The notes beneath the pieces are model-generated. The model was not told the DNA's origin. It ran no database searches and worked only from the letters and a program-made list of their open reading frames with translations. A stretch of DNA of 64,000 nt from Epithemia pelagica (lineage: Eukaryota; Protista; Bacillariophyta): assembly GCA_946965045.2 (NCBI GenBank), contig OX337239.1, positions 1,116,001 through 1,180,000 on the forward strand, written 5' to 3'. Positions 35,108 through 48,028 of this stretch are shown in pieces (position 1 is the first letter of the stretch; the number at the start of each line of letters is the position of its first letter). The position numbers were made by a program, and so were the translations under genes.

Positions 35108-38100
35108 ATGACGTTGTCTCGTCGAGGACAAGAGCATGTGGGCCGCAACGAAGATGACATGGTGGATATGAACGACGATCACAAGGATCATTCCATGACG
35201 GACTTTACGGAGTTGACTACGGAGCGCGACGAAGTCGTGGAAGTTCGGAAGCGATCGCACAAGGCGACGGCACGAGTTCGTACCTGGCGTTTGTTGGTCA
35301 CCTTGGCCCTGCTTCTCACGGCCGTCACGGTGACCTTGACCACCTATTTCTTGTTGGTGGATCAAGAAGACGAAAACTTTCGCAATGTGGTACGTGGCTT
35401 TTGGGATTTGGTGACCGAAGGGATGGTCATTGATTGTTTCGTTTCCTCTTGGTTCACTAAATGACTGTTTCCTTTTTCCTATTATGTTTGCAGTACGACC
35501 AGTTTGCGCGTGCTGTGGGTGATGCCGCCATCAAGCAACAAGTCGATTTGCGCGATGCCCTGCGCATGCTCTCCGATAGTGTCTCCTTGCAAGCCCAGAC
35601 GCAGGGCAAGTATCAACTTGGTGACGGTTCAAATATGAGTATTATGGATAGTAGTCCGTGGCCCTACTTTGTTCCCGACCGATACGAAACTTTGGCAAAG
35701 GATTTCAAAAAGTTGAGTCGGGCAGAGTTTGTGGCCATTCAAAACTATGTCACACACGACCAACGGCAATCCTATGTGAACTTTATCACGGAACGATACC
35801 AAGACTTCACCAAACAGGGGCACATGATTGATTACGGTAATCTCGACAATCTCGACCAAAATACGTCCATTTACACACCCGATATTTTGCAAAAGTTGGA
35901 CGGAAAATTTGTCCCCGAAGACGTTCATGATTACTACTTTTGCCGTATCATGCAAAGTCCTCCGGCACGCAAGTACTTGTTGGTGAACAATAACTTGTTG
36001 GCCAACGGAATCATTTCGGACTATTTCATGCTATTATGAAAATGCAGACGGAACGGGCCGTGTACACCAACATCAAGCCTATTGCTAACCTTCCCGCAGA
36101 CGAGCACGCCAAGATGCATTCCTCACCGGATGGAGCGAACAATCCTCATTCCTTTACCTTTTCTCCCATCTATCGTCAAGCTGGTAATTCAAGTTCGGAC
36201 ATTGTAGCCATGTTTGCGGTGGCCACAGCATGGGATGTTTCCATGCTCAATCTGCTTCCTGAAAACGTTGAGGGGATGATTTGTGTCATTCAAAACTCGT
36301 GCAATCAAACTGTCTCGTACCGGTACGTCACTGTCAAAGCTGCTTTGGTATTTTCTGTTTTTCTCTTGCTCACCATTTCCTGGTTTCGTTTTGCGCACCC
36401 TACAGCATTGACGGCAGAAATGCTTGGTATCTCGGAGAAGGCGATTTGCACGAGGGATATGAAGACCAAGGCATCTTTGTTGATTTGAACTTGCAGACTC
36501 ATCCAGATGCTCGTACCACTCCCGGCCATTGTATGTACACAATGACTATTTATCCCAGCAAGGACTTTGAAGACGACTACAAAACGTCGACGCCCATTGT
36601 GTTTGCCTCGGTCGTGGCCGCCACTTTCCTTTTGGTCATTCTTGTCTTTCTGACCTACGATTACCTTGTCGCACAACGCAATGAATTCATGGTCCGGTCC
36701 AATGCCCAATCCAATGCCATTGTTAGCTCCTTCTTGCCGGATCACTTGCGAGAACGTGTTTTGAACGATCGTGGTTCGGACAATCCGTCCTCTCTCAAAA
36801 ACTTCATGCTCACCACAGACAACAAGCACAGCAGTATCAACGGTCACAAGGCATTGCCTGGAGGCAGTCCATGGGCTGATTTGTTCTTGTACACGACCGT
36901 CTTGTTTGCCGATATTTCTGGTACGAAATGTCACGAAACTGTCGTTTGAAAGTGCTTTGTACTTTTGTTCCTCTAACCTTGTTTTCTTCTTTTGAACAGG
37001 TTTCACCGCGTGGAGCAGTGTGCGGGAACCTACACAGGTGTTTACACTCTTGGAAACCCTTTTTCGGCCTTTGATCGCACTGCCAAAGGACGAGGAGTCT
37101 TCAAGGTTGAAACAGGTACGAAGATATGATACCCGAAAACATGCACGCTTAGTAACGCCATGCCTAATACGTTCTCATCGCATCGTTTGTTTGTCGGGCT
37201 TTTCTATGTCTTGTTGCGTGCAGTTGGTGACTGCTACGTAAGATCTATCGAGCGATGAGGAAGCCGTTGCCTCCGGCAAGAATTTGTGATTTTTGGTCAC
37301 CCTAATCATGTTTTTCTTTTCTCTTTAAACACAGGTGGCCGTGTGTGGATTGCCTGATCCTCGTCCGGACCATGCTGTGGTCATGGCCCGATTTGCTCGT
37401 GAAATTCTCATCCGTATGAAAGTCTTGACGAAGCAATTGGAGGTCTTGTTGGGACCCGACACTGGAGACTTGGAACTTCGAATTGGTATTCATTCTGGTC
37501 CCGTGACAGCCGGTGTATTGCGTGGAGACCGAACGAGATTCCAGCTGTACGTTTGTTTCAAATTATCGTCCGCGACGTGGTTTTTTTCACTCGCAGGTTT
37601 GGTGACACTGTGGTAAGAATGGAGAAATGGTTGCGTTTCGAATGATGTTCGTTTTCTTATAGTAACTCACCCTGAAATTATGATGGACCTCATAGAATAC
37701 ATGCTCACGGTAAGCTTTGTCATGCGACAGTTATCGAGGCATCGCACGAAGACCGTATATCTCACAAAATCTGCTTCATTATATCGACAGACTTGAAAGT
37801 ACCAGTGAGCAAGGCCGTATCCACTGCTCCAAGGAAACTGCCGATGAGATTATCAATAGTGGATATCCTGAGTGGATTTACAAGAGGAACTATATCGAGG
37901 CCAAGGGTAAAGGGAGTCTTGAAACATTTTGGATTATTATGGATGGCGAGAAGGATGGGTCGGTTGGTTCCGCCATTTCTGCGACGGAAATGACTCTACT
38001 CCAAAGAAATGGATCTTCACCGGACTTGGGCGCCCGAACAAGTCGGTTGATTGACTGGAATGTTGAAATGCTCATCACCCTTTTGCGGCAGATTGTAGCC

Positions 38101-40140
38101 AAGCGGTGTGCCGTTGGAAAGGAGCAAATGCTCAAGTCTTCTCGTACCATCGGCAAGACAGGTGGATCATTTTCGAGCACACAAGCATCCAAACCCCTGG
38201 ACGAAGTTCGTGAGATTATCAGGCTTCCAGAGCTCAGCGAGAAGCAGGCGAAGCAACAACAAAAGCCCGAGGAAGTCTCCATCCCTAAGGAAGTAGAAGG
38301 CGAGTTGAAGGAACTTGTCAGTACGATTGCTGGCATGTACAATGACAATCCTTTCCACAGTAAGTGCACCGAAAAGCTCAAATCTCCTTGTCCCCACAAC
38401 CACCTGTCTCATGAAACCGATCCTTTTCGCCTTGTTTTCCAGATTTTGATCATGCCTCTCATGTTGTTATGAGTGTGATTAAGCTCATGAGTCGTATTGT
38501 GGTAAGTCTTGGCCTGGCTGGAGGCCATTGGCGCCGCACCCTCTCGATCACCCTCCATATGATCTCATGGTCCTCTTTTGTTATGAACAGGCTCCTTCCC
38601 ATTTGGAGCATTTGGACAAGGATTCACATGCCCTGCATGATCATACGTATGGTATTACCAGTGATCCCTTGACCCAGTTTGCCTGTGCCTTTTCGGCGTT
38701 GATTCACGATGTGGATCACGTGGGTGTTTCCAACGCCCAGCTGGTTAAGGAAGCGTGTCCACTTGTGGATCGTTACGGAGAGCGCTCGGTGGCCGAACAA
38801 AATTCACTGTAAGTAGAGATTTGCTTGAAGCCGGGTTACTGACAGTCCCTCCTCTCATAGCTTCCTTGCCTTTCTTGACAGTGACTTGAGTTGGAATTTG
38901 CTCATGCAACAAAAGTTTGCCACATTGCGAGCTTTCCTTTTCCCAACGGGCGAGGATATGAATCGATTCCCTCAATTGGTGGTCAATGTAAGCACCCTAT
39001 CTCCACATTGTATACGACACCGTTGCGATCTCGTTCTCACCCTTATTTCCCTATGATGATTATTAGGCGGTCATGTCAACCGATATCGTTGACAAGGATT
39101 TGAAGAATTTGCGAAATGCTCGTTGGGACAGAGCATTTAAGAAGGAGGAAGCCGCTGAACAGGATGACAACGAGGAAGATGCCGTTCACCGAAAAGCCAG
39201 TACGTCCGAGAAAGCGGATGGTGTTTTCCTTGTTAACAAAACTCGTGATGACTTACCTTTCTTTGAACTTCTCTTCTACGACAGCTATTGTGATTGAACA
39301 CATTATCCAAGCGTCTGATATTTCTCACACTATGCAGCACTGGCATGTGTACCGGGTAAGAAGAGCATGGAGTGAAGGAGTGGCGTTTTTCATTTACATG
39401 ATTGTATACTGATGTTTTTTTCTCTTGTGCTTACCGCGCTATAGAAATGGAACCAAAACTTGTTTGAAGAGCTCTATGTGGCCTACCTCAATGGACGTAT
39501 GGAGAAAGATCCCGCGTCGTTTTGGTACAAGGGTGAGATTGGGTTCTTTGACTTTTACATTATTCCCTTGACTGAGGTACGCCTTCGAGACAATTGAAAT
39601 GGTCCAATGAAGTTGCTGAGCCTTAATCGTCCGCGTCTTACCCTTTGCGATCTGGTCTTCGGTTTGTCGTGACTACAGAAACTTAAGGAATGCGGAGTCT
39701 TCGGTGTATCGAGGTAAGTCTCTCTGTGTTGTGAATTTTACGGTTGTCCAAAGTTCGGTATCTGACCCCGATTGTGAATGTCTATCTTGTTGCTACAGTG
39801 GTGAGTATTTGGACTATGCCCAAAGAATCGAGCCATGTGGGTTCGCGATGGAGAAGAAGCCGTTGCGCAAATGATTGTGGATGTGCGGGAAAAGTATGGT
39901 ACGAAAGAGAATCTGATTGTCCCACGACAGACGCCCTCGGCGTCGGATACGAGAAGTACTCCCAAGGTTCAATTTTCGCAGGACCTCAACAAGTCCAAGG
40001 AAGTTGTCATGGCTGAACAAGCCCCTCCTCGCCGCATTTCGCACAGTGGCAACGGTGAAGGAGACAACGAGGTCTTTGCGGACGAACAAGAGGAACAACT
40101 TGTTCGAGGTCGAATGAGCAATGGCGAAGTTCGACTTTAA
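35108..40140 (+). CDS. Membrane-bound bifunctional nucleotide (guanylate) cyclase / cyclic-nucleotide phosphodiesterase; many introns; three apparent 1-nt frameshifts in this sequence
   Basis: Two TM helices flank a ~350-aa extracellular domain. Class III cyclase: TVLFADIS|GFTAWS, FKVET|VGDCY|VAVCGLP, LRIGIHSGPVTAGVLRG..RFQL|FGDTV|NTCSR|LES. PDE: NPFH|NFDHASHV, ALIHDVDH, EQNS, MSTDI, QASDISHTMQ, WYKGEIGFFDFYIIPL. Confidence 0.9.
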
Positions 40141-41972
40141 GATTGCAAACCAATCGGGCACACCAACAAAAAAAGAGATATACAACGAAAAAGGAACGTA
40201 TGGGGGAAGCCATACTATCCAAGATCAACTAGCCAAATATTACATATAGGGGACATTAACACTTTTACTCGATTTAGACCAAGTAATAGTCGTACTGGCA
40301 AGTCTCGTCTTCTATAGGTACCAATCGTATAATCCGGTACCGCCCATTGGTTGCAAGAGTCTCATCCTTTCAACAAGAAAACACGTCGCACACGAAAGAC
40401 GTGTTGGGGTGGTCCCCTTTTTGTTTGACGCCCGTTGCTGTGGCGAACATCGACAACCATTGTATCGTATGATGATTCAACATATGGGAAAGTCGGCACA
40501 CCATGAACTCAAGGGATCTTGAAAATTGAAATGACGGGACTACCTAGATAACGCGAGAGAACGAGCCATTGCAAGGACGGCAATTTGAATGCAAGGAGAA
40601 CGGGAATGGAAATCGAGGCTTGGGGTAGCAGTATGGAAAAATGATATCTCATTTTTATTGGTCGCTTCTGTGTCGCTTTGGTGGTTTTGGATATTTTATC
40701 ACAATCATATCTTTAGGGTAGAAGCAAGTGGCAACGTTCTTAGTTGCAATGACGACAACCAGTTTGCGACTCTGAAGGCGTCACTCCATCACGTGACTGT
40801 CCAAGCTTTATCAGGTCATTGGCCCTTGCCAATCGTCAAACCAAGAGTCGCCAATGGCACATGAAAGGGACATTATGAAATCCAAGCAATCTACCCAGAC
40901 AAACGCCATGACCAGAACATACATTGGCGCCCTCTACTATGCCCTGTACCTGATTTTCCACGTATCTTGTCGTTGTCAGGGAAAAGAATGAGTGCGGATC
41001 TTAGTACGTGAACACCCATTCCAAACGGGCAAACCTAAAAGGGCTATGACGGGACTGGTCACCCATACACACAAGCTCGGTGCTCGGCTTTGTATAGCGT
41101 TACCCATAATCCACCAATCAAGGATAACCCTCGAGTTGTGAATGTGTGGAGAAAACTTGGCGACATGTTTCTTCTTTGTCTGAATGTGGAGCGGAATCGT
41201 TTCCTTGGTTTCTGTCGGCATGAATGCAGTCGTGGCCTATGAGAAGGACTCGGCTATGATCGTACATCTCGACGCTGGGTGTCTCGAGTCTCTAGTAGAG
41301 ATCCTCTCGGACGCTATCTTGGGTACTATGGTGGTATTGACTTGTATTCGATGCTTCCCTACTACTATGAGTTGTTGCTTTTTATGTGGTTCGACTATTT
41401 GGACCTATCGGAGGGTTTTAGCTATGCGTCCCGACTTAACACGATCCAAAGGCGACCATATAAACCATCACTGTTTCTGGACGCACCTACCTACTTCTCT
41501 TGGACTGACGTATGCGACCCCGAGTGGTTGTAGTGTGTAGATTCATCCCAGAAACCGTGGATCGTTGGGATAGGTAGTTTTATAGAACGGCTTGGGTGTA
41601 TCATTGCCCTTGCATTTGCGTGTTTCTCTGTGGTGCGACCACGACCACACGAGAAAAGAGGGAATCTCAGCGTCGCTGTCTGTCGGTTTGCCTCGTCCAT
41701 TCGTCGCCTCTCATCTTTTTCATTCGAGGTCGTCTGTCGTGCTCTTGTTTGGGTGTTTCTTGTTTTCTCGTTCATCAAACCTCAATCACACAATTTTCTT
41801 CACCACCGCAACAACCACCGTTCAAACACCAAAGAGCAGTATTGCTTCCGTTCCAGCCCGTTTTCCCTTTTTCTTCATCTTTTCTCTTTCCCCGCTCTTG
41901 AATATTTTTTGAGAGTGTTTCCATAAGAGAGAGAGAAGAAGAAGGAAGAACAAAGAGTAGAGAAAAAGTTTT

Positions 41973-44900
41973 ATGTCGTCCCAGCAGCAAGGTTCACAGT
42001 CTGCACCGCCCAAACCACCCCAACAACCTCCACAATCTCATCCTCATGTCGTCGCTGCCTCCACAGCGACTACCGCCGCAGTGGGAGGAGGACCATCCAC
42101 CATGAATGTGGCTGGAGGTGGTGGTAGTGGTGGTGTTGTCAATGGCTCGTGGCATGCCGCCGCGCAACAACGTCCACAACAACAACAACAACATGTCCAA
42201 CAACAACGACCACCGCATGGTTATCCTCAGCAAGCACAACAAGGCCATCATCGTGGTCCTCCTAATCCTCACATGTCAGCACCAGGTGTTGGTGGTGGAA
42301 GAGGTGGTGGTCCCAATTCTTCCTATGGTGGTGGACGAGGTGGTGGTCGAGGGGGTCCACCTCCGTATGCAATGCAACAGCAACCACCACCGCAAGGCTA
42401 TCCTCATCCGTCTCAGCAACGCGGTAGTGCTGGTGGTCCTACCGGAGCTTGGCAACCGGCGCAACCTACTTCGGCATCCTTGCAACATGCGCAACCAGGC
42501 ATGGTACCCCCGCAACAACAGGGACAACCACCTCATAGTCGAGGAGGAGCAGGAGGAGGACCTTATGGTCAACCTCCTCCTCCCTACCACACGCATCCGG
42601 CCTACAATCCCTATCCTGCGGCCTATCATCATCCACAGCAGCAGCAACAACAACAACCGCCACCACAACAACAGCAACAACAACAGCATTCGGCGTGGCA
42701 ACCCGCGTATACCGGTACAATGCGCGGAGGAGTCTTTTATCCACCACCACAACAACAACAGCAGCAACAACAGCCTCCTCATGCGGGAGGAGGCTTGCAA
42801 CCTCATCCTCCTCACGCACCACAAGGCAATCGTGGAGCCGCAGCGAATGTCAACACCAAGGTGGGTCGACCATCGACTAGCGCGGCACCCGTCTTGGGTG
42901 CCACAACGTCCTTGTATGCACCACCCAAACAAACCAAAAAGCCCTTGGTCATTACCGACAAGCATGGCAATGTCTTGGATTTCTCCTCCATCAAGGGCGG
43001 CGGTAGTGCCAGCAGCAGCAGCAGCAGCGCGAGTAAAGCCAAGGTGGTGACGCCGACGGAACCGTCCAAACCCACCACCACAGCCAGCAGCACCACCGCC
43101 GCAGCGACGACGACGGCACCTGCCACGGCCGCTCCGAGTACCTTGACAGCCAATGAAGCGGGAGAAAATTTGCGACAAGCGGTCTTGGAACGTCTCCAAG
43201 CGGATACGAAAAAGAAGACTTCGACGAATGGAGCCACGGAAGAGGAACCGGCCAAGGCCACAGAACCAAAGGAAAAGAAGGAAGAAGAAGGAGAAATTAA
43301 GCAAAAGGAAGAAGAGGAAAAGGCACCAGAGAAGCAAGAACCAGCCGAGGCAAAACAAGCCGAAAAGGAACCAGCACCCAAGGCACCAGCCCAAAAAGAA
43401 GAGGAAAAGGCCCAGACAGAAGCTCCAGCTGCCGAGACGAAACCGGCCGAGAAGGAACCAAATGGGGCAAAGCCAAAACCAGCGACAGGACGTATTGTCT
43501 TTACGAAAGAAGCCTTGCTAAAGTACGTGTTATCGGGTTTGGATCGCGAGAGTGCACCAAAGTATCGTCACTCACTCACTCTTGCAATTGCTTTGTTTTG
43601 TTTGCCTTGTGTTTTCTCATAGATTCTGCACGGATGCCCTTTGTCAAGAACGTCCTCAGGAACTTCCGGATATGACCATTGTCAAGGGCATGTCGCGCGG
43701 TCGCAGTACGGGCAATACCGGAGGAGGCGGCGGCGGTGGTGGCGGCGGCCGTCGTGGAGCAGGTGGAGGCGATCAAGGTGGAGGAGATGGTGAATGGAAA
43801 CGAGGCAATGCTCCCCCACGACGTCAATCATCCAAGACCATGAGTGGAGGCGGAGGAGGAGGCCCTGGTGGAGGTGGTGGCGGAGGCGATTGGGTTCGTG
43901 GCCAAGCCATGCCGCCACAAAAGCAGGGCAACAATGCCAATAATAACAATCCTCGTAACACTCGAGGAGGACGAGGAGGTCGTGGAGGTGGTCCCAACCA
44001 GCAACCCCAATTTGATGGTCCCATTGTTCCTCTGGTCAAGACGGAGAATCATTGGCGTCCCAAAAAGAATTCCACGCCCTTGGTGGTGGCAGAGAAGTTG
44101 GTCAAGTCCATTCTCAATAAAATGACCAAGGAAAAGTTTGAACGACTGTCTCAACAAATGATTGAAATTGAAATCTTGTCCTACGACATGTTGACCATGA
44201 TGATTGAAAATGTCTACGACAAGGCCATTGACGAACCGGCGTTTGGTGACATTTATGCCGATTTATGCGTCAAGATTTCTCAATCCGTCAGCACCAAGGG
44301 GGCGACCTTTGTCCATATCATTGAATCTGACGAGGAGCCACCGACCGAGTCGGGAGAACCTGGAGGCTCTGCCCCTGGCAGTGGTGGGGGAAGCAACGAA
44401 GCCAGCCACAACACGGTATACCGATGGAGCAATGACGTGAGCACCACCGATTCGGAAGTTATTGGTCCTTTTGACAGTGAAGAGGCCTGTCGCGACGCTG
44501 CGCAACGTGCCAATGACGGAGACCAAACTGATACCACGCCCATTCCACGTGACGAAATGGCCTTGGAATTGGTCAGTGTCGTGATTCGCAAGAATATGTT
44601 TATCAAGGTCATGAAGAAAAAGAATCCAGTTGAAGAAGATGGGGGAAAGATTTACTACACGGTTTTCTTCCCCGTCTCGGAAGCGACGGAATGTGGTCAG
44701 CAACTGTCTGACATTCATTTGAGTGAGGTAGAAGCCGTTTCCGATGCCAACAAGAAGAATAGCTTCAAGCGCTCCTTGTTAAACAAATGCGAAGAAGAAT
44801 TCAACAAGCAAGATATCTACAAAGAATGGAAAGAAGAAAAGGCAGCATATGAACAGTCCAAGAGCTCCTTGAGTGAAGCAGAACAATCGGAAAAGGCAGG

Positions 44901-46317
44901 GGAACTTGAATTCCGACGTATCCGTATCAAGAAACAAATGCTTGGGAACGTTAAGTTCATTGGCCAATTGTTCAAAAAGAACATGCTCAAGGAAAAAATT
45001 ATGCGTTATTGTATTGGCTCCTTGCTCAAGCTGGAGGAGATTGACGTCAAGAGCAAGAATCCCGAGTACGAGGATAAAGGTAACATGGATATGGACGAAG
45101 AAGATCACGAAGCGATTTGCAACATGTTTACCACAATTGGTTCAACGATTGACAAACCATCTGCCACCACCTTTATGGATGTTTGTTTTGGTAAGATTCG
45201 GAATTTGTCCCAAGACACGGCATTGCCGGCCCGATCTCGATTTATGTACAAGGATTTGATTGATTTGAGAAAAAATTCCTGGGTCCCCCGCCGAAAGGAA
45301 GAAAAGGCCAAGACCATTGACGAAATCCGAAAAGACTTTGAACAAGAAGAACGAAAACAGGCGGAGCAGTCACAACGAGAAAATGCTCGAAGCAACATGA
45401 ATCAGTCCTTTCGCGGCGGTGGAGGTTCTCGGAACGACTATCGACAGCAAGGAGGACCTCGTGGTGGTGGAACAAGGGATGCTCGATCCAGAGCATCCAA
45501 AGCTACGCCAGAAACCGACGATGAAGGCTTTACCACTATTGCATCTGGAAAAGGGGGTGGCAGTGGTGGTTTTGGATCATCTGGTCGAGGATCGCGAGGA
45601 GAAAGCGGTACCGCGAGTCGATCGTCCATGGCTCCTCCTCCAGTCACGACGAAACAATCGGCTTTTGCCTTGTTGGCTGACAATGATTCCTCCAAACCCT
45701 TTTCCGCTTCGGATGACAATAACAAGTCGGGGGCAACTAGCGGCAAGAAGGCCAAGGTATTGGACGAGGATCAATTGAAGCGACGCATCAAGAGTATCCG
45801 CAATGAATTTATGGGCGATGGTGGCAATGTTGCGGAACTGACCTTGTCGATTCAAGAATTGGAAGCTACTCCGAATGGCCCCATGGAGTTTATTCAACAA
45901 AGTTTGGATGGTCTAATTGATGCCAAGGAATCGGAGCGGGTGGCCATTGTCAAGATATTGACCATTTTGGTCGAACAAAAGTTGGTCCCCTTTGCCGATG
46001 CCAAGGCTGCGTTATTGGATTGTATTGAGTTTATTGATTCCTTTGTCATGGATTGTCCCAAAATCTACGACTATTGGGCCGATTTGTTGGCCTCCTGGAT
46101 GAGAATAAATGCCCTGACGGTACAAGTCTTGTGCGAATTGCTGGAAAAACCTCGATCGGACGATCCCCAAAGCAAGGCTCCTCTTTCCATTGTCCGTCCC
46201 TTGATTCCTTTGTTGGGACCTCAAAAGAAGGAATTGTTGGGGACGGCCCAGGCAACCACATGTTTGACCCAACTCTTGGGCAAGGCGGAATGGAATGCCT
46301 TGGCTTCGTCATTGTAG
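41973..46317 (+). CDS. EIF4G: Eukaryotic translation initiation factor 4G, 2 exons
   Basis: Q/P/G-rich N-terminus; intron 43523-43622; eIF4E-binding-like FTKEALL; RGG boxes; MIF4G VKSILNKMTKEKFERL...YADLC...FKRSLLNKCEEEF...MLGNVKFIGQLF...RFMYKDLIDLR; C-terminal MA3-like domain. Confidence 0.93.
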
Positions 46318-46983
46318 CAGGATCCACGCACACAAACGCACTCTTGTGGTATCTTGCTATTGGATATTTTCCCGGAACGCGAGGACCCGTACGCAACAGC
46401 ATTGACCGTTCCGTCGTCCATGTGTCACATTGGTACAATTCGCGTTTCTCTTTACCATCGCATATATGATATAACGAAGAATATTTCTAGAGACGAACCA
46501 AGCATACTCCTTTGGAATAGCCGTAGGTGGTGATATGAGTAGCTCCTTGTGAGGCGCTGTCTCGGTCCTTGTCCACAATTCTGGTTGTGTCGCGTAATGA
46601 AGGCACATTTGCCACTGTGTTTTCCTCGACGGACAGGGCGTTGTACCATGACACGTGCATGCTTGGTCGTCTCACTTAATTCGTTCCCGAGTGACAATCA
46701 CTGCACCATGAGGAATGAAACATAAAGCAACGTAAAGTTCTATTACCACGTTTTTCTTTTTTCACCCTTTCCAACGAGAAATGAGTGGTGACTCTTACTA
46801 GTACTACTATACCTCTACCAAAATTAAAAACACCAAGTATCAAGTACTAGAGAGTACCAAGTTCCTGGAAATGGGACGTAGGACTTTGTGTGAAACCAAT
46901 CAATATCAACTTTCCAGAGTAGTTGGATGGCAATCTGTTTGGTACAGACACTAGTGTTTTTGAGATTCCAAGTAACCATGGAT

Positions 46984-47745
46984 TTACAACAAGGGTTGTT
47001 CTTCGACCAGCAATTGATCCTCGAGGGTTTGTGATTCTTGCAACCAATCGTACAAGATTTGGACATTGGATCGCAACGACTTGGCATGGTATTGCACCAT
47101 GTCCGCCTCTTCTTGTCCTGGTCGACTAAACTTGTTGATCCCAATGAGATCAAAGGTGACATTGTTGCAAATTTGGGTCGGATTGGTATCCAGTGTGGCA
47201 TAGACTTGAGCCGTCAAAAAGGGTTTGGTCGGACTCAGCACTTGTTTGCGCAGGGTTTGGTCCATTTGTTTGGTCAATTCCAACAGGCGAGTGTAATCTT
47301 GCGTTTCCACCGCACGTTCCAATTGCGCCAATTGACTGACGGGGCCCGTCAATTCCTCCGCCACGGCGTCCAGGGCATTTTGACGAGTCGCATATTTCGG
47401 AGTCGATGCCCAGGCCGGTACGGGTGTCGTCGCCACCACCAGACTGGATGCCAAGGCGTGGATGCAAAAGTCACGGCGGTGAAACGGCATTTTCCAAGAA
47501 GAAAACCTTGATGTGTCACTTTGTGTTTCATCATCATCTGGATGCTCTTGTTCTTGTTGTTGTTGTGGCGTTGCTGCCAAGGAACAAATCTGTGACTGTT
47601 GCAGTATTGGTTGCCGTTGTTGTAGTTTTGGTTGTGGTACAAGCAGGGCCGTCACTTCCACATGGAGATGGAATGGATCCAAAAGCAAGAACAAGAGAAC
47701 TGCAGCCAACCAGATCATTTTACATCCAATCGTTGTTGTCCTCAT
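46984..47745 (-). CDS. Plastid-targeted, probably thylakoid-lumen (Tat) helical protein, PsbQ-like fold suspected
   Basis: Signal peptide (IWLAAVLLFLLL...VTA-LLVP), transit region, then a twin-arginine RRDFC + hydrophobic stretch + AWA cleavage, followed by ~130 aa of amphipathic helices. Confidence 0.65.
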   Translation of the reverse strand: MRTTTIGCKMIWLAAVLLFLLLDPFHLHVEVTALLVPQPKLQQRQPILQQSQICSLAATPQQQQEQEHPDDDETQSDTSRFSSWKMPFHRRDFCIHALASSLVVATTPVPAWASTPKYATRQNALDAVAEELTGPVSQLAQLERAVETQDYTRLLELTKQMDQTLRKQVLSPTKPFLTAQVYATLDTNPTQICNNVTFDLIGINKFSRPGQEEADMVQYHAKSLRSNVQILYDWLQESQTLEDQLLVEEQPLL

Positions 47746-48028
47746 GGTGTGGTTGAGAAAGAGAAAGAGAGTATCTTTTTTGGCTCATGGTAATGGTAGC
47801 AATGGGAACTCGGCGGCGCGAGCGCAGGTCGACACACGGACTTTTCCAACGATCTATCCACGACCTTATTAAGAACGACTTATAAGCGACTAGTGATGCT
47901 CTACGCTCCACGTGGCACAAGGACCATCGCTTACGCACACCCCCAGACAGAGTGCCATGGCGCGATCTCGGCCATGACAAATGACAACTGACAACCGAGA
48001 TTGAACAACGTAGCGAGAACAAGAGAAG

